Below are positions 8,078-17,216 of a stretch of DNA of 24,063 nt, one piece after another. The DNA lies in IMG/VR virus record IMGVR_UViG_3300036783_000220, positions 1 to 24,063 of that record; one strand, given 5' to 3'. The notes under the pieces are model-generated. The model saw only the letters and a program-made list of their open reading frames with translations, had not been told where the DNA came from and did not search any database. The stretch comes from a virus. Lineage: Duplodnaviria; Caudoviricetes. Position 1 is the stretch's first letter. Each line of letters begins with the position of its first letter. The position numbers and the translations under genes are program-made.

Positions 8078-8112
8078 GAAAGCCCCGCGACCCGTGTGGT
8101 TGCGGGGCTTTC
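8078..8112. terminator. Stem-loop upstream of the tail tube unit
   Basis: gaaagccccgcgacc pairs with ggttgcggggctttc (one G-U pair), 5-nt loop. Confidence 0.65.
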
Positions 8113-8132
8113 TCGTGCACTTGGAGTGCTAC

Positions 8133-8363
8133 GTGCGCCAGCGCAATGCGGGAGCTCACCCGCTGACCGTGATGACCGACCCGCCGCAAGTGGTGGCGCC
8201 GGGCGAGGACATCGACTTCGACGAGCCCCTGGCCGGGTTCGAGTCGGTCGAGGACAACGACAGCGCCGACGAGGCCGAGCAGCCCTCGGGGTCGGCGAAG
8301 ACCAAGAGCCGTAAGGGCAAGGCCGCTGAGGCGGCCGACGACGGCGGGGAGGTGACCCAGTGA
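8133..8363 (+). CDS. Small hypothetical protein preceding the tail tube
   Basis: ggag SD before GTG 8133. Its stop overlaps the tail tube start (GTGA). Confidence 0.65.
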   Translation: MRQRNAGAHPLTVMTDPPQVVAPGEDIDFDEPLAGFESVEDNDSADEAEQPSGSAKTKSRKGKAAEAADDGGEVTQ

Positions 8364-9517
8364 CTCAGCTTTCTCGCCTGGTCAAGCTCGGCTGGGCGAA
8401 GGAAACCACGGCCGGCACGTACGTCACGCCGACGATCTATCTGCCGTTCATGAAGGCGGATCATGAGGATGCGTACGCCGAGCTGAAGGATGAGTCGTAC
8501 CGCTACAACGACTCGGTCCTGCAGGGCATGTACCAGGGGCCGGTGCAGGCGGTCTGGGACATCAACATCCTGGCCTACCCGGACCTGATGGGGCACTTCC
8601 TGCGGTCGATCATCGGCCCCGACACGGTCACCCCGGCCATCTCGACCACGCTGTCCGCGGGGTCCTCGATCGGCGCGACGTCGATCTCCACGGTGGCCAG
8701 CATCAGCGTCGGCACCTTCATTCAGATCGACACCTCCACCAACCTGGAGTACGCGAAGGTCACGGCCACGTCGGGCAGCGGCCCGTACACGTTGACCGTG
8801 ACCGGTGCCGGCACCACGGGCGGCCTGCAGTTCGCGCACTCCAGCTCGGTCGCGGTGGTCACCACGACCACGCACACGTTCAAGCAGTCCGCGACCGCGG
8901 CCAAGGCCACCTACTCGCTGACCGTGGACGACACGGCGGGCAACGTGCTCGGCTACGCCGCGGCCACCGCGTCGGATCTGCAGATCAAGATCGACCCGAA
9001 GGCGATCGTGTCGGTCGACCTGAAGATGACCTCGCAGCCGGGCGTCACGCAGGCCGGCATCACTCCCACCTACACCACGGTCGCGCCGAACCTCGGGTGG
9101 GAATGGGTGATGACCAACGCCGGCGGCACCTCGGATCGCGGGCTGACGTTCGACGTCACGGTCAAGCGGGCGGTGGATGCGATCCACGCCAGCAACGGCG
9201 TGCAGGCCCCGCGGGAGATCTTCCAGGGCGCGCTGGAGGTCGACGGCGCGTACAAGGCGCTGTTCTCGAACAACACCGACCTGAACCTCTACCTGCAGTA
9301 CACGCAGACCCCGACCAGTGCGGTGGTGACGCAGCCGGTCGCACAGGGGGGCATGTCGCTGGCGCTGACCCTGACGAAATCGGGTTGGTACAAGGGTAAG
9401 CGCGACTACTCCGGTTCGTACGTGCAGGCCGACTTCTCGCTGTCCGGCATCTGGAACTCGACCGACTCCGGCTCGGTGTCGGCGGTGCTGAACAACTACC
9501 AGACCGCCGCCTACTGA
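8360..9517 (+). CDS. Major tail tube protein with inserted accessory domain
   Basis: N-terminal LGWAKETTAGTYVTPT motif typical of siphovirus tubes. T/S/G-rich. Followed by chaperone genes and the tape measure. Confidence 0.85.
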   Translation: MTQLSRLVKLGWAKETTAGTYVTPTIYLPFMKADHEDAYAELKDESYRYNDSVLQGMYQGPVQAVWDINILAYPDLMGHFLRSIIGPDTVTPAISTTLSAGSSIGATSISTVASISVGTFIQIDTSTNLEYAKVTATSGSGPYTLTVTGAGTTGGLQFAHSSSVAVVTTTTHTFKQSATAAKATYSLTVDDTAGNVLGYAAATASDLQIKIDPKAIVSVDLKMTSQPGVTQAGITPTYTTVAPNLGWEWVMTNAGGTSDRGLTFDVTVKRAVDAIHASNGVQAPREIFQGALEVDGAYKALFSNNTDLNLYLQYTQTPTSAVVTQPVAQGGMSLALTLTKSGWYKGKRDYSGSYVQADFSLSGIWNSTDSGSVSAVLNNYQTAAY

Positions 9518-9544
9518 CTCATCTATCCACAAAGGACCGCCGCT

Positions 9545-9868
9545 ATGTCCGGATACGCCGACCGCATCATCAGGCGCGAGTACCCCGAACTGGGGGAGAA
9601 GATCTTCGTCGAGTATCGGAACCCGAAGACCGTCTCGGCCGACATGCTCGCCCCCAATGACAGCAACAACCTGACGCACCGGCAGGTCAGCTACCTGGTC
9701 ATCGCGAAGCTGCTGCGGAACTGGTTCGTCTACGACGCCAGCTCCGACGACGACGAGCCTCCGCAGTTGGACGCCCCGGCAACACCGGAGATGGTTGGGC
9801 TCATGCCCTTCGTGATCGTCCGGGACGTCATGGACGACATCGCGGAGGCCATGCAGGGCCCTCGCTAA
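9545..9868 (+). CDS. Tail assembly chaperone (lambda gpG analogue)
   Basis: Directly after the tail tube. SD aaagga. Ends at a slippery heptamer. Confidence 0.8.
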   Translation: MSGYADRIIRREYPELGEKIFVEYRNPKTVSADMLAPNDSNNLTHRQVSYLVIAKLLRNWFVYDASSDDDEPPQLDAPATPEMVGLMPFVIVRDVMDDIAEAMQGPR

Positions 9869-10071
9869 CCCCTGGCTCCCAGTACTTCGAGGACGTGTAC
9901 CTGCCGGCGCAGTCCATCTTCGACAAGACCTGGGCGTCAGGGGAAGCACCGCCTGAGCTCCGCGACTTCCTGATCATGCAGGCGATGCGCTGGTCCTGGC
10001 CGGATCTGCAGGCGACGCCGGCCTACGTGCGCACCTATGTGTGGCACTTTCTGCAGATGCAACGGGGGTGA
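9856..10071 (+). CDS. -1 frameshift extension of the chaperone (gpT analogue; fusion about 175 aa from 9545)
   Basis: G_GGC_CCT at 9856-9862. The -1 frame reads GPSLTPGSQYFEDVYLPAQ...MRWSWPDLQATPAYVRTYVWHFLQMQRG* with no suitable start of its own near its 5' end. Not in the ORF track. Confidence 0.75.
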   Translation, partial: GPSLTPGSQYFEDVYLPAQSIFDKTWASGEAPPELRDFLIMQAMRWSWPDLQATPAYVRTYVWHFLQMQRG

Positions 10072-10073
10072 CG

Positions 10074-10505
10074 ATGCTCAAGGTCAGTGGACTGTCTCAG
10101 CTGCGCACCCGCGTGGCGGAGGTCCCCGCGCGGCTGGACGAGGCGACACGCGCTGCCGCGACGGCCGGCGCGCAGCTGATCGGCGTCGAGACGCAGCGGC
10201 TGCTGTCGCTGCGCAGTCACCCGCGGGGAACGCCGACACCATCGCCGCCGGGTGCGCCGCCGGCGAGGATCTCCGGCGACCTGCGCGACTCGGTGCATAC
10301 CGGCGTGGCGCAGGGTGGTTCCGGGACCTATCGGGCCACCGTCCAATCCGGACTGGCCTATTCCTGGGTGCAGGAGCACGGCGGCCGCGTCGGCCGCGGT
10401 TCCGTGCTGCCACCACGGCCGTACATCAAATCCGCCCGCGACAACGTCGCCCTGGCCGCTGTGCGGCTGGCCGGAGAAATCTGGATGGCCGCGCTGGCTG
10501 AGTAG
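10074..10505 (+). CDS. HK97 gp10-like tail completion / virion morphogenesis protein
   Basis: Motifs SPPGAPPARISGDLRDSV, YSWVQEHGG and LPPRPYIKSA. Confidence 0.8.
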   Translation: MLKVSGLSQLRTRVAEVPARLDEATRAAATAGAQLIGVETQRLLSLRSHPRGTPTPSPPGAPPARISGDLRDSVHTGVAQGGSGTYRATVQSGLAYSWVQEHGGRVGRGSVLPPRPYIKSARDNVALAAVRLAGEIWMAALAE

Positions 10506-10556
10506 CCGGCCGCCTGCCCACCACCTTCCGCACCGCGCGCCGAGGAGGTGGTGGGG

Positions 10557-13500
10557 GTGGCCGGCTACGACCCCGTGATCGCGACGTTCGAGGCGACCAC
10601 CGCGCCCGCGATCGAGGCGGTGCAGCGCTACGCGGAGGTGCTGACCGAGCTGGAGGCCACCTTCGGCCGGGTGGCCGAGGCCTCGGGCGTGCTCGACGAG
10701 CGGCTCGCGGTGACCGAGCGCGGCTTCCAAACCGCGGCGGTCGAGTCCAACATGCTCAGCTCCGAGCTGAGCGGCCTGGAAGAGCGCCTCGGCGGGGCGG
10801 GTGGCGGCGCGAAGTCGCTGGCCCAGGGCATGTCCTCGATCGGTAAGTCCGGCGACGCTGCCGCGAAGGGCATGCTGTCGGCGGGGGACGAGGTCACCGC
10901 GTTCGCCGCGCGGTTCTCCGCGGTCGAGGAAGAGCTGTCGATGTTCGCCGGCAGGGTCGACGGCATCGGCAGCTCGCTGGTGAAGATGACGACCACGTTC
11001 ACCGACTCCACCGCGGCGCTGTCGCGGGCGTTGGCCACCATCAACACCGAGATCATGGCTACCGCGGCCGCGCTGCAGGAAGTCGCGGCTGGCGTCGACT
11101 CCTACGCCACGCGGCTGGGAGCGGCCCAGGCGTCCACGGCGAAGATGACCACCAGTCAGGCCGCGGCGAAGACCTCCCTCAAGGAGGTCGGCAACGCGCT
11201 GCTCATGGTCGGCGGCGCGCTGGGCATCGCCGATTTCGCGATGCTCAAGACGGCGGGCACGTTCCAGGCGAACCTGACTCGGCTGCAGACCGAAGCCGGC
11301 CTGACCGACCAGCGGATCAACGAGTTTGCCGGTTCGATGCAGGGCCTGCAGGACAAGATCCTTGCCGCCGGCAACGCTACCGGTACGTCCGGCGTGGAGA
11401 TGTCCAACGCCCTGTACGAGCCGATCTCCGCTGGCCTGTCTCTGTCGCAGGCCCTGGACGCGGTGAAGTACTCCGCCGAGGAAGCGAAGATCTCCGGCGC
11501 GTCGCTGGAGGACACCACCACGGCCGTCACGGCGACCATGAAGGCATTCGGTCCGGCCGCCGGTGTGCCGGAGCAGGCTGTCGCCTCGTTGAACGCGATC
11601 GTCGGCCAGGGGATGATGCGATTCCAAGATTTCAACCAGGCGTTCAAGAACTGGGGTCCGACCGCCGCCACATTCGGAGTGTCCCTCACCTCCGCCGGCG
11701 CAGCTCTGGCGTTCATGACCGACCGCGGGGAGAGCGCACAGAGCGCCGGCACCAAGTTGGCGCAGGTCATGGCGATGATGGTCGGGCAGACCACGCAGGC
11801 CGGCAAGCTGATGGGCGCACTGGGCCTGTCCGAGACGGACGTCGCCACCAGCAACGAGGCCATGGCCGGCGCCATGGCCACCGCGCACGTCACCACCTCG
11901 CAGTTGGCCGACGACCTGCGCAAGCCGGACGGTCTCGCGGTCGCGCTGACCGACCTGAAGTCGCACCTGCAGGGCGCCGGGCTGTCCGCGGACGCCGCGG
12001 AGTCCGTGCTGGTGCGCGCCTTCGGTGGTGGCAGGCAGTTCAAGGGCCTCGCCGAGCTGATCAGCAACACCGGCCAGCTGCAGCAGAAGTTCGACCAGAT
12101 CACCAACGACTCGAACATCGACCACTTCCAGGAGCAGTGGGACAAGGTCACCCAGACCTTCTCCTTTCAGTGGGACAGGATGGTCGCGTCGGTCAAGAAC
12201 TTCGGCATCGCCGTCGGCAGCAACCTGATGCCGGCCGGAGCCTCAATGGTGTCGATCTTCGGTGACATCTTCGGTGCGCTCTCACGCAACAAGGACATCA
12301 TCGGGGCGGTGTCCGCAGCCTTCGGTGTGCTGGCCGTGGCGCTTCCTGTCGCCTCCCTGGGCGTGTTCATCACCAAGCTGGGCGAGACGGCGAAGAATGT
12401 CATCGGCGTATCCGCATCCCTTGGTCTGCTCGCTGCCGGATTCGAGTACGGAATCGCCAACGCCGACAGCTTCAGCGGCAAGCTGTCGTTGGTCGTGACC
12501 AGCGTGCTCGCCCTGGTTCAGGGCATCAAGTACCTGGGCGAGGGAAGCGCCTTTGCCAACTGGTTGTCCAATACCGGCAGTGGGCTGTCGGCGTGGACAA
12601 CGCGGATCGGCGAAGCCGAAGGCGCTATGGGCAAGCTCAAGGCCGGCGCCGGCGGCGTCGGCGAGCTACTCACCGGCCCCTGGGGGCTGGCCATCGGGGC
12701 TGGCATCGTCGCGCTTACGGCGTTCATCAGCACGGCCGGCAGCGGCACGCAGGTGGTCGACGAGCTGACCGACGCGATCAAGAAGGACGCCGGCGAGCTG
12801 GGCAAGAATTCGGAAGAGTGGGTCAAGAACACGCTCCAGCAGGATGGGGCACTGAGTGCCGCGAACCGGCTGGGGATTTCTCTGTCACTGGTCACCATGG
12901 CGGCCATGGGCAACAAGGGGGCGATGACCGAGATCAACGGCGTGCTCCAGGGCACCACGGTCAGCACCACAACCGCGTCCGCGGCGACCAAGAACATGGG
13001 CAATACCAGTTCAAGCACGTCCAAGGACATGGACAAGCTCAAGACGGCACTGCAAACGGTGTCGGGCCAGGTCATCACCACATCTTCGGCGTATACCCAG
13101 CAAGAAAAGGCAGCGAGTGCTTCACGACGGGCCATGACTGACTCCACCCTGGCGGCACTGAATGCCACCTCGTCCTCGAATGGCCTGACCCAGTCGAGCC
13201 TGCAAGTGTCGGACGCCCTGTCGGATGTGCAGAACGCTGCATCGGAGCTGAAGAACTCACTCGACCTCCTCAATGGCGGCGACGTCGACGCCGAAAAGGC
13301 CAACTTGTCCTTCAAGACGACCCTGGACACTCTGAAGAACTCCATTCAGAAGGGCTCGGACGCGATCAATGACAACACTGATGCGGGCAGGGCCAATCTG
13401 AAGAACATCCTGGACGGCGTGTCGGCGGCGCAGACGCACGCCGAAGCGGTGGCCAAGCAGACCGGATCGGTGCAGGAGGGCACGGCGGCCTTCGAGAAGG

Positions 13501-14180
13501 ACGTCGCGGCCCTGCAGGACGTGTGGAGAAAAGCCGGGCTGACCGAAGACCAGATCAAAACATTGACCGACACCTACCTCAAGGTGCCGCACAACCTGAA
13601 CACCGACATCGCGGTCACCGACAAGGCATCGGCCAAGATTCAGACAATTCGTCAGGGACTGGACGGGATCGTCAGCAAGACCATCACTGTCGGCGTCAAC
13701 GTCCAAAGCGCGACGAACTACGTGGCGAAGGCGGTCGGTGGCGAGATCAGCAAGTTCGCCGGCGGTGGGAAGGTGCCGAGCGTTCTGCACCGGGACTTCG
13801 GCGGCCCGGTGTTCGGCGCTGGCACCGAGTCCTCGGACTCGATCCCGGCGGTGCTGTCCGACAACGAGTACGTCATCCGCGCCCGGGCCGCCAGCACGGT
13901 CGGCACCGGCGTGCTCAACGCGCTCAACCAGGGCGACCTGGACAGCGTGTATCGGATGCTGGGCCAGCGGTCCGACGTCCACACCGGCAGTACCGCCAGC
14001 GCGGCCGACGTGGCCGGCATGCTGGGCTCCGGCGCGCAGGCGCCGACAGTGGTCGTCGTCAACATCACGCCGCAGGGCAGCATCTTCGCCGAGAACGACC
14101 TGCGACAGGTGGTGCAGGACGTGGTGCTCAAGTACGCCGGCCGCAACAGCTCCAGCGGGTGGACGCCGAGGTACACCTGA
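10557..14180 (+). CDS. Tail tape measure protein
   Basis: About 1207 aa, A/G/T/S-rich and helical. Hydrophobic middle. C-terminal GGPVFGAGTESSDSIPAVLSDNEYV motif. GAGGAGG 8 nt before GTG 10557. Confidence 0.92.
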   Translation: MAGYDPVIATFEATTAPAIEAVQRYAEVLTELEATFGRVAEASGVLDERLAVTERGFQTAAVESNMLSSELSGLEERLGGAGGGAKSLAQGMSSIGKSGDAAAKGMLSAGDEVTAFAARFSAVEEELSMFAGRVDGIGSSLVKMTTTFTDSTAALSRALATINTEIMATAAALQEVAAGVDSYATRLGAAQASTAKMTTSQAAAKTSLKEVGNALLMVGGALGIADFAMLKTAGTFQANLTRLQTEAGLTDQRINEFAGSMQGLQDKILAAGNATGTSGVEMSNALYEPISAGLSLSQALDAVKYSAEEAKISGASLEDTTTAVTATMKAFGPAAGVPEQAVASLNAIVGQGMMRFQDFNQAFKNWGPTAATFGVSLTSAGAALAFMTDRGESAQSAGTKLAQVMAMMVGQTTQAGKLMGALGLSETDVATSNEAMAGAMATAHVTTSQLADDLRKPDGLAVALTDLKSHLQGAGLSADAAESVLVRAFGGGRQFKGLAELISNTGQLQQKFDQITNDSNIDHFQEQWDKVTQTFSFQWDRMVASVKNFGIAVGSNLMPAGASMVSIFGDIFGALSRNKDIIGAVSAAFGVLAVALPVASLGVFITKLGETAKNVIGVSASLGLLAAGFEYGIANADSFSGKLSLVVTSVLALVQGIKYLGEGSAFANWLSNTGSGLSAWTTRIGEAEGAMGKLKAGAGGVGELLTGPWGLAIGAGIVALTAFISTAGSGTQVVDELTDAIKKDAGELGKNSEEWVKNTLQQDGALSAANRLGISLSLVTMAAMGNKGAMTEINGVLQGTTVSTTTASAATKNMGNTSSSTSKDMDKLKTALQTVSGQVITTSSAYTQQEKAASASRRAMTDSTLAALNATSSSNGLTQSSLQVSDALSDVQNAASELKNSLDLLNGGDVDAEKANLSFKTTLDTLKNSIQKGSDAINDNTDAGRANLKNILDGVSAAQTHAEAVAKQTGSVQEGTAAFEKDVAALQDVWRKAGLTEDQIKTLTDTYLKVPHNLNTDIAVTDKASAKIQTIRQGLDGIVSKTITVGVNVQSATNYVAKAVGGEISKFAGGGKVPSVLHRDFGGPVFGAGTESSDSIPAVLSDNEYVIRARAASTVGTGVLNALNQGDLDSVYRMLGQRSDVHTGSTASAADVAGMLGSGAQAPTVVVVNITPQGSIFAENDLRQVVQDVVLKYAGRNSSSGWTPRYT

Positions 14181-16627
14181 TGGCCGTGCTGCCCAACCCG
14201 AACCGAGCAGTGCTCGCGGTCGAGGTCGATTTCACGCAGGGGCCGCCGAACGTTCCCGGCGGCTCCCGCAAATCCATCGACACGCCCATCAACCGGGTCG
14301 CGGTGCGGGAGATCGGAATCGACCGCGGCCGGGTGTACGAGCTGGACCAGTCCGCCGCCGGCGTCGCGACCCTCAAGGTATACGACCCGCTGGAGTACCT
14401 GAACCCGCAGAACACCTCCAGCCCGTACAACACCGCGCCGAACCAGCTGCAGGCCTACCGGTGCATGAGCATCAGCGCGTTCTGGCCCACCACCGGCAAC
14501 CTGTACAACTCGTCGGTCAACGCCACGTTCGACCCGAGCTTCGAGTCCGGCATCTCGAACTTCACCGCCGGCGGCGGCACCACGCTGGCCAGCTCCACCA
14601 CGCACGTGTTCGCCGGCAGCAAGGCGCTGCTGGTGACCCAGGGCGGCAACACCTCGGCGGCGTGGCCGGCGGCGGTGATCGAGGGCGTGCCGGGCATGAC
14701 GGTCACCGTCAGCGTCTACGCCTACCTGACCGGCGGCGCCCACCTGCAGATCCAGTGCCCCGACGGCACGAACTCGTCGATCCTGACGACGCAGACCGCG
14801 TTCACGCGCATCACGGTCACCTACACCGTGCAGGAGTGCCGCGACAAGATCGTGTTCGCCGGCACCAGTGTCGCCACCCCCACCTACTGGCTCGACGCCA
14901 TGCAGGTCGAGTGGGCCAGCACGGCGTCGACGTTCGCCACCACCGGCCCGGTGCGCTACCCGCTCTACACCGGCTACATGGAGCGGTGGCCGATGGCCTA
15001 CGGGGACCACGGCAACCTGGGCATGAGCTCGGCGCAGGCCGTGGACGCCATCGCGATCCTGTCCCGGATGGGCATCTCCCAGTCCTATGCCACCACCATC
15101 GCCGCCGACAGTCCGCTGCTGTACGCGCCGCTGAACAACACCGTCAGCCTCAACACCGGCTCCATCGGCACCGGCTTCCTCGGCGCGGTGCCGCTGGAGC
15201 TCGCGAACTCCACCAACGGCAGTTTTCAGTGGGCCGGCGACACGTTTCCGGATGGCGACCAGGCGCTGGTCATCAACCAGCGCAACGCGAACAACCCGCC
15301 GACCACGGTCACGCTCGTGGGTAACGTGACGGACTTTCAGATTGTGAACCAGCCGGTGTCGTTGTCGACAACCGGCGCCACGGTGGAGATCTGGTGCAAG
15401 TACACCTCCGGCGTCATCAAGATCGCCGACCTGACGGAGAGCTGGACCTTCGTCACCGAGGCCGACACCGGCAGCGCCGTCAACGTCCAGACCTGGGCCG
15501 GCAACTTGCAGTTCCAGCTGGTCGACCCGGCCACGTCCACCTCGATGCTGGTCCCGGTGTCCACGGTGAACCCGGCCGTGAGCGGGTTCCCGGACAACGG
15601 GTGGCACTACTACGCCTACACCTACAACACCAACGGCACCCACTGGACGCTGACGGTGGACGACGTGGAGGCGACCTCGACGATCGCCTTGGGAGTCAAG
15701 AACATTGGCTACCAGATCATCGAGTTCCTGACCTCCACGGCGAACGGTGACCCGCTGTGCCAGCAGTCGTTGGGCCGGCTGGGGATCTACAACCGCGACA
15801 TCGGCACCGCTGCCCGGCTCGCCCACTTCAATCGCGGCAACTGCTACCAGGGCGAGTTTTCCGGCTCGCGCGTGTCGCGGCTGCTGACCGCGTTCTGGGG
15901 CGGCACCATCAACGTCTCGCCCGGCTACCTCAGGATGGCCTCGGACGGCTCCTACAACACGCGCACCGTTTTGGATGTGCTGCAGGAGATCCAGGACTCC
16001 GAGCATGGCCTGCTCTACGCCGGCCGCACCGGCGCGATCGTGTTCGAGGACCGCACCTACCGGTATGGCACGCAGACCGCGAGTGTCGCGTTCGGCGAGA
16101 ACCCCAGCGGCGCGAGCCCGACCGAGTACCCGTACTCGGCGTTCGCGACCGACTTCGACCCCACCTATGTGTTCACGCAGGCCAACCTGGGCCGCCCGGG
16201 CAACAGCTCGTTCGCGCCGATGGTCAACGCCACGTCGAAGGCCTTGTACGGGCAGCGGATCCTGACCGAGACGATCCAGTGCCTCACCGATTTCGACCTG
16301 ACGCAGGCGGGCACGTTCTACCTGGCCCGTTACTCGGGACCGAAGGTGCGGATCACCACGCTGACGCTGGATCTGGCTTCGCAGCCGGCTTTGTGGCCGG
16401 TGGCGCTGGCGCTGGAGATCAGCCAGCGCGTCACCGTGCACCGCCGCACCGGCGGCTTGTCCACCAGCTCGGACTACTACATCGAGAAGATCAGCCACAA
16501 GATCCAGACCGAGAACGGCAGCTGGACCGTCGATCTGCAGCTCAGTCCCGTGTTCGTGCCCTCGGCGTGGGTCTGCGGCGACTCCACCTACGGCGTCCTC
16601 GGCACCACCACGGTGCCCGTCTACTAG
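14180..16627 (+). CDS. Large tail tip / baseplate-hub protein with CBM-like and LamG-like domains
   Basis: ATG overlaps the tape measure stop (TGATG). DPSFESG...YWLDAMQVE is carbohydrate-binding-like (about 14528-14911). TVEIW...GWHYYAYTY...LGIYNR is LamG-like (about 15086-15838). SEHGLLYAGRTGAIVFEDR is hub-like. Confidence 0.8.
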   Translation: MAVLPNPNRAVLAVEVDFTQGPPNVPGGSRKSIDTPINRVAVREIGIDRGRVYELDQSAAGVATLKVYDPLEYLNPQNTSSPYNTAPNQLQAYRCMSISAFWPTTGNLYNSSVNATFDPSFESGISNFTAGGGTTLASSTTHVFAGSKALLVTQGGNTSAAWPAAVIEGVPGMTVTVSVYAYLTGGAHLQIQCPDGTNSSILTTQTAFTRITVTYTVQECRDKIVFAGTSVATPTYWLDAMQVEWASTASTFATTGPVRYPLYTGYMERWPMAYGDHGNLGMSSAQAVDAIAILSRMGISQSYATTIAADSPLLYAPLNNTVSLNTGSIGTGFLGAVPLELANSTNGSFQWAGDTFPDGDQALVINQRNANNPPTTVTLVGNVTDFQIVNQPVSLSTTGATVEIWCKYTSGVIKIADLTESWTFVTEADTGSAVNVQTWAGNLQFQLVDPATSTSMLVPVSTVNPAVSGFPDNGWHYYAYTYNTNGTHWTLTVDDVEATSTIALGVKNIGYQIIEFLTSTANGDPLCQQSLGRLGIYNRDIGTAARLAHFNRGNCYQGEFSGSRVSRLLTAFWGGTINVSPGYLRMASDGSYNTRTVLDVLQEIQDSEHGLLYAGRTGAIVFEDRTYRYGTQTASVAFGENPSGASPTEYPYSAFATDFDPTYVFTQANLGRPGNSSFAPMVNATSKALYGQRILTETIQCLTDFDLTQAGTFYLARYSGPKVRITTLTLDLASQPALWPVALALEISQRVTVHRRTGGLSTSSDYYIEKISHKIQTENGSWTVDLQLSPVFVPSAWVCGDSTYGVLGTTTVPVY

Positions 16628-16636
16628 GAGCGTGCC

Positions 16637-17206
16637 GTGCCGGCAATGACGTCGTTGACCAGCTTCACCGACGGGGTGGTGGTGCACCAGGGCGGCCTGA
16701 ACAACCTGTCCACCAACATCGACACCCTGTGCCAGTTGACCACCGGTAAGACCGCCGCGTCGGGTGTGGCGACGAAAGCGATCACGTACGCCGCCCTCAC
16801 CGGGAGCCAGTCGATCTCCGACTCCACGATCACCGTGATCAGCTGGAATGTGGCCAGCACCAGCACCGACAACATGTGGGTCAGCTCGCTGCCCACGCAG
16901 ATGACGGTGCAAACGGCCGGCTGGTACCACATTCTGCTGCAAACGTCGTGGGCGGGCGCGACGCAGTCGAACCGTTCCTGCGGAATCATGATCAACGGCA
17001 CGTCGGAGGCCACGAACGGCATCGCCAAAACGTGGTTCGCCGGGTCGCTGAACGGCCCCTGGTACCACCAAGTCTCCGCGTACCAACACCTCGCGGCCGG
17101 CGCGACGATCTACGGCTACGTCTACCAAGTCTCCGGTGGCGCGTTGAACCTGGTGAACACGGTGCCCTCGACCTGGATGTCCGCCCGCTGGGACGCCCCC
17201 TACTGA
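16637..17206 (+). CDS. Minor tail protein / candidate receptor-binding protein (C1q/TNF-like jelly roll)
   Basis: SD aggag. Pattern SQSISDS...ISW...TVQTAGWY...LAAGATIYGYVYQVSGGALN. Confidence 0.7.
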   Translation: MPAMTSLTSFTDGVVVHQGGLNNLSTNIDTLCQLTTGKTAASGVATKAITYAALTGSQSISDSTITVISWNVASTSTDNMWVSSLPTQMTVQTAGWYHILLQTSWAGATQSNRSCGIMINGTSEATNGIAKTWFAGSLNGPWYHQVSAYQHLAAGATIYGYVYQVSGGALNLVNTVPSTWMSARWDAPY

Positions 17207-17216
17207 GGAGACCGCC

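Noticed and set aside
13523-14179. N-terminal 219 aa of the 1034-aa ORF in the track
   Set aside because: Out-of-frame overlap with the tape measure gene. The true start is the coupled ATG at 14180.
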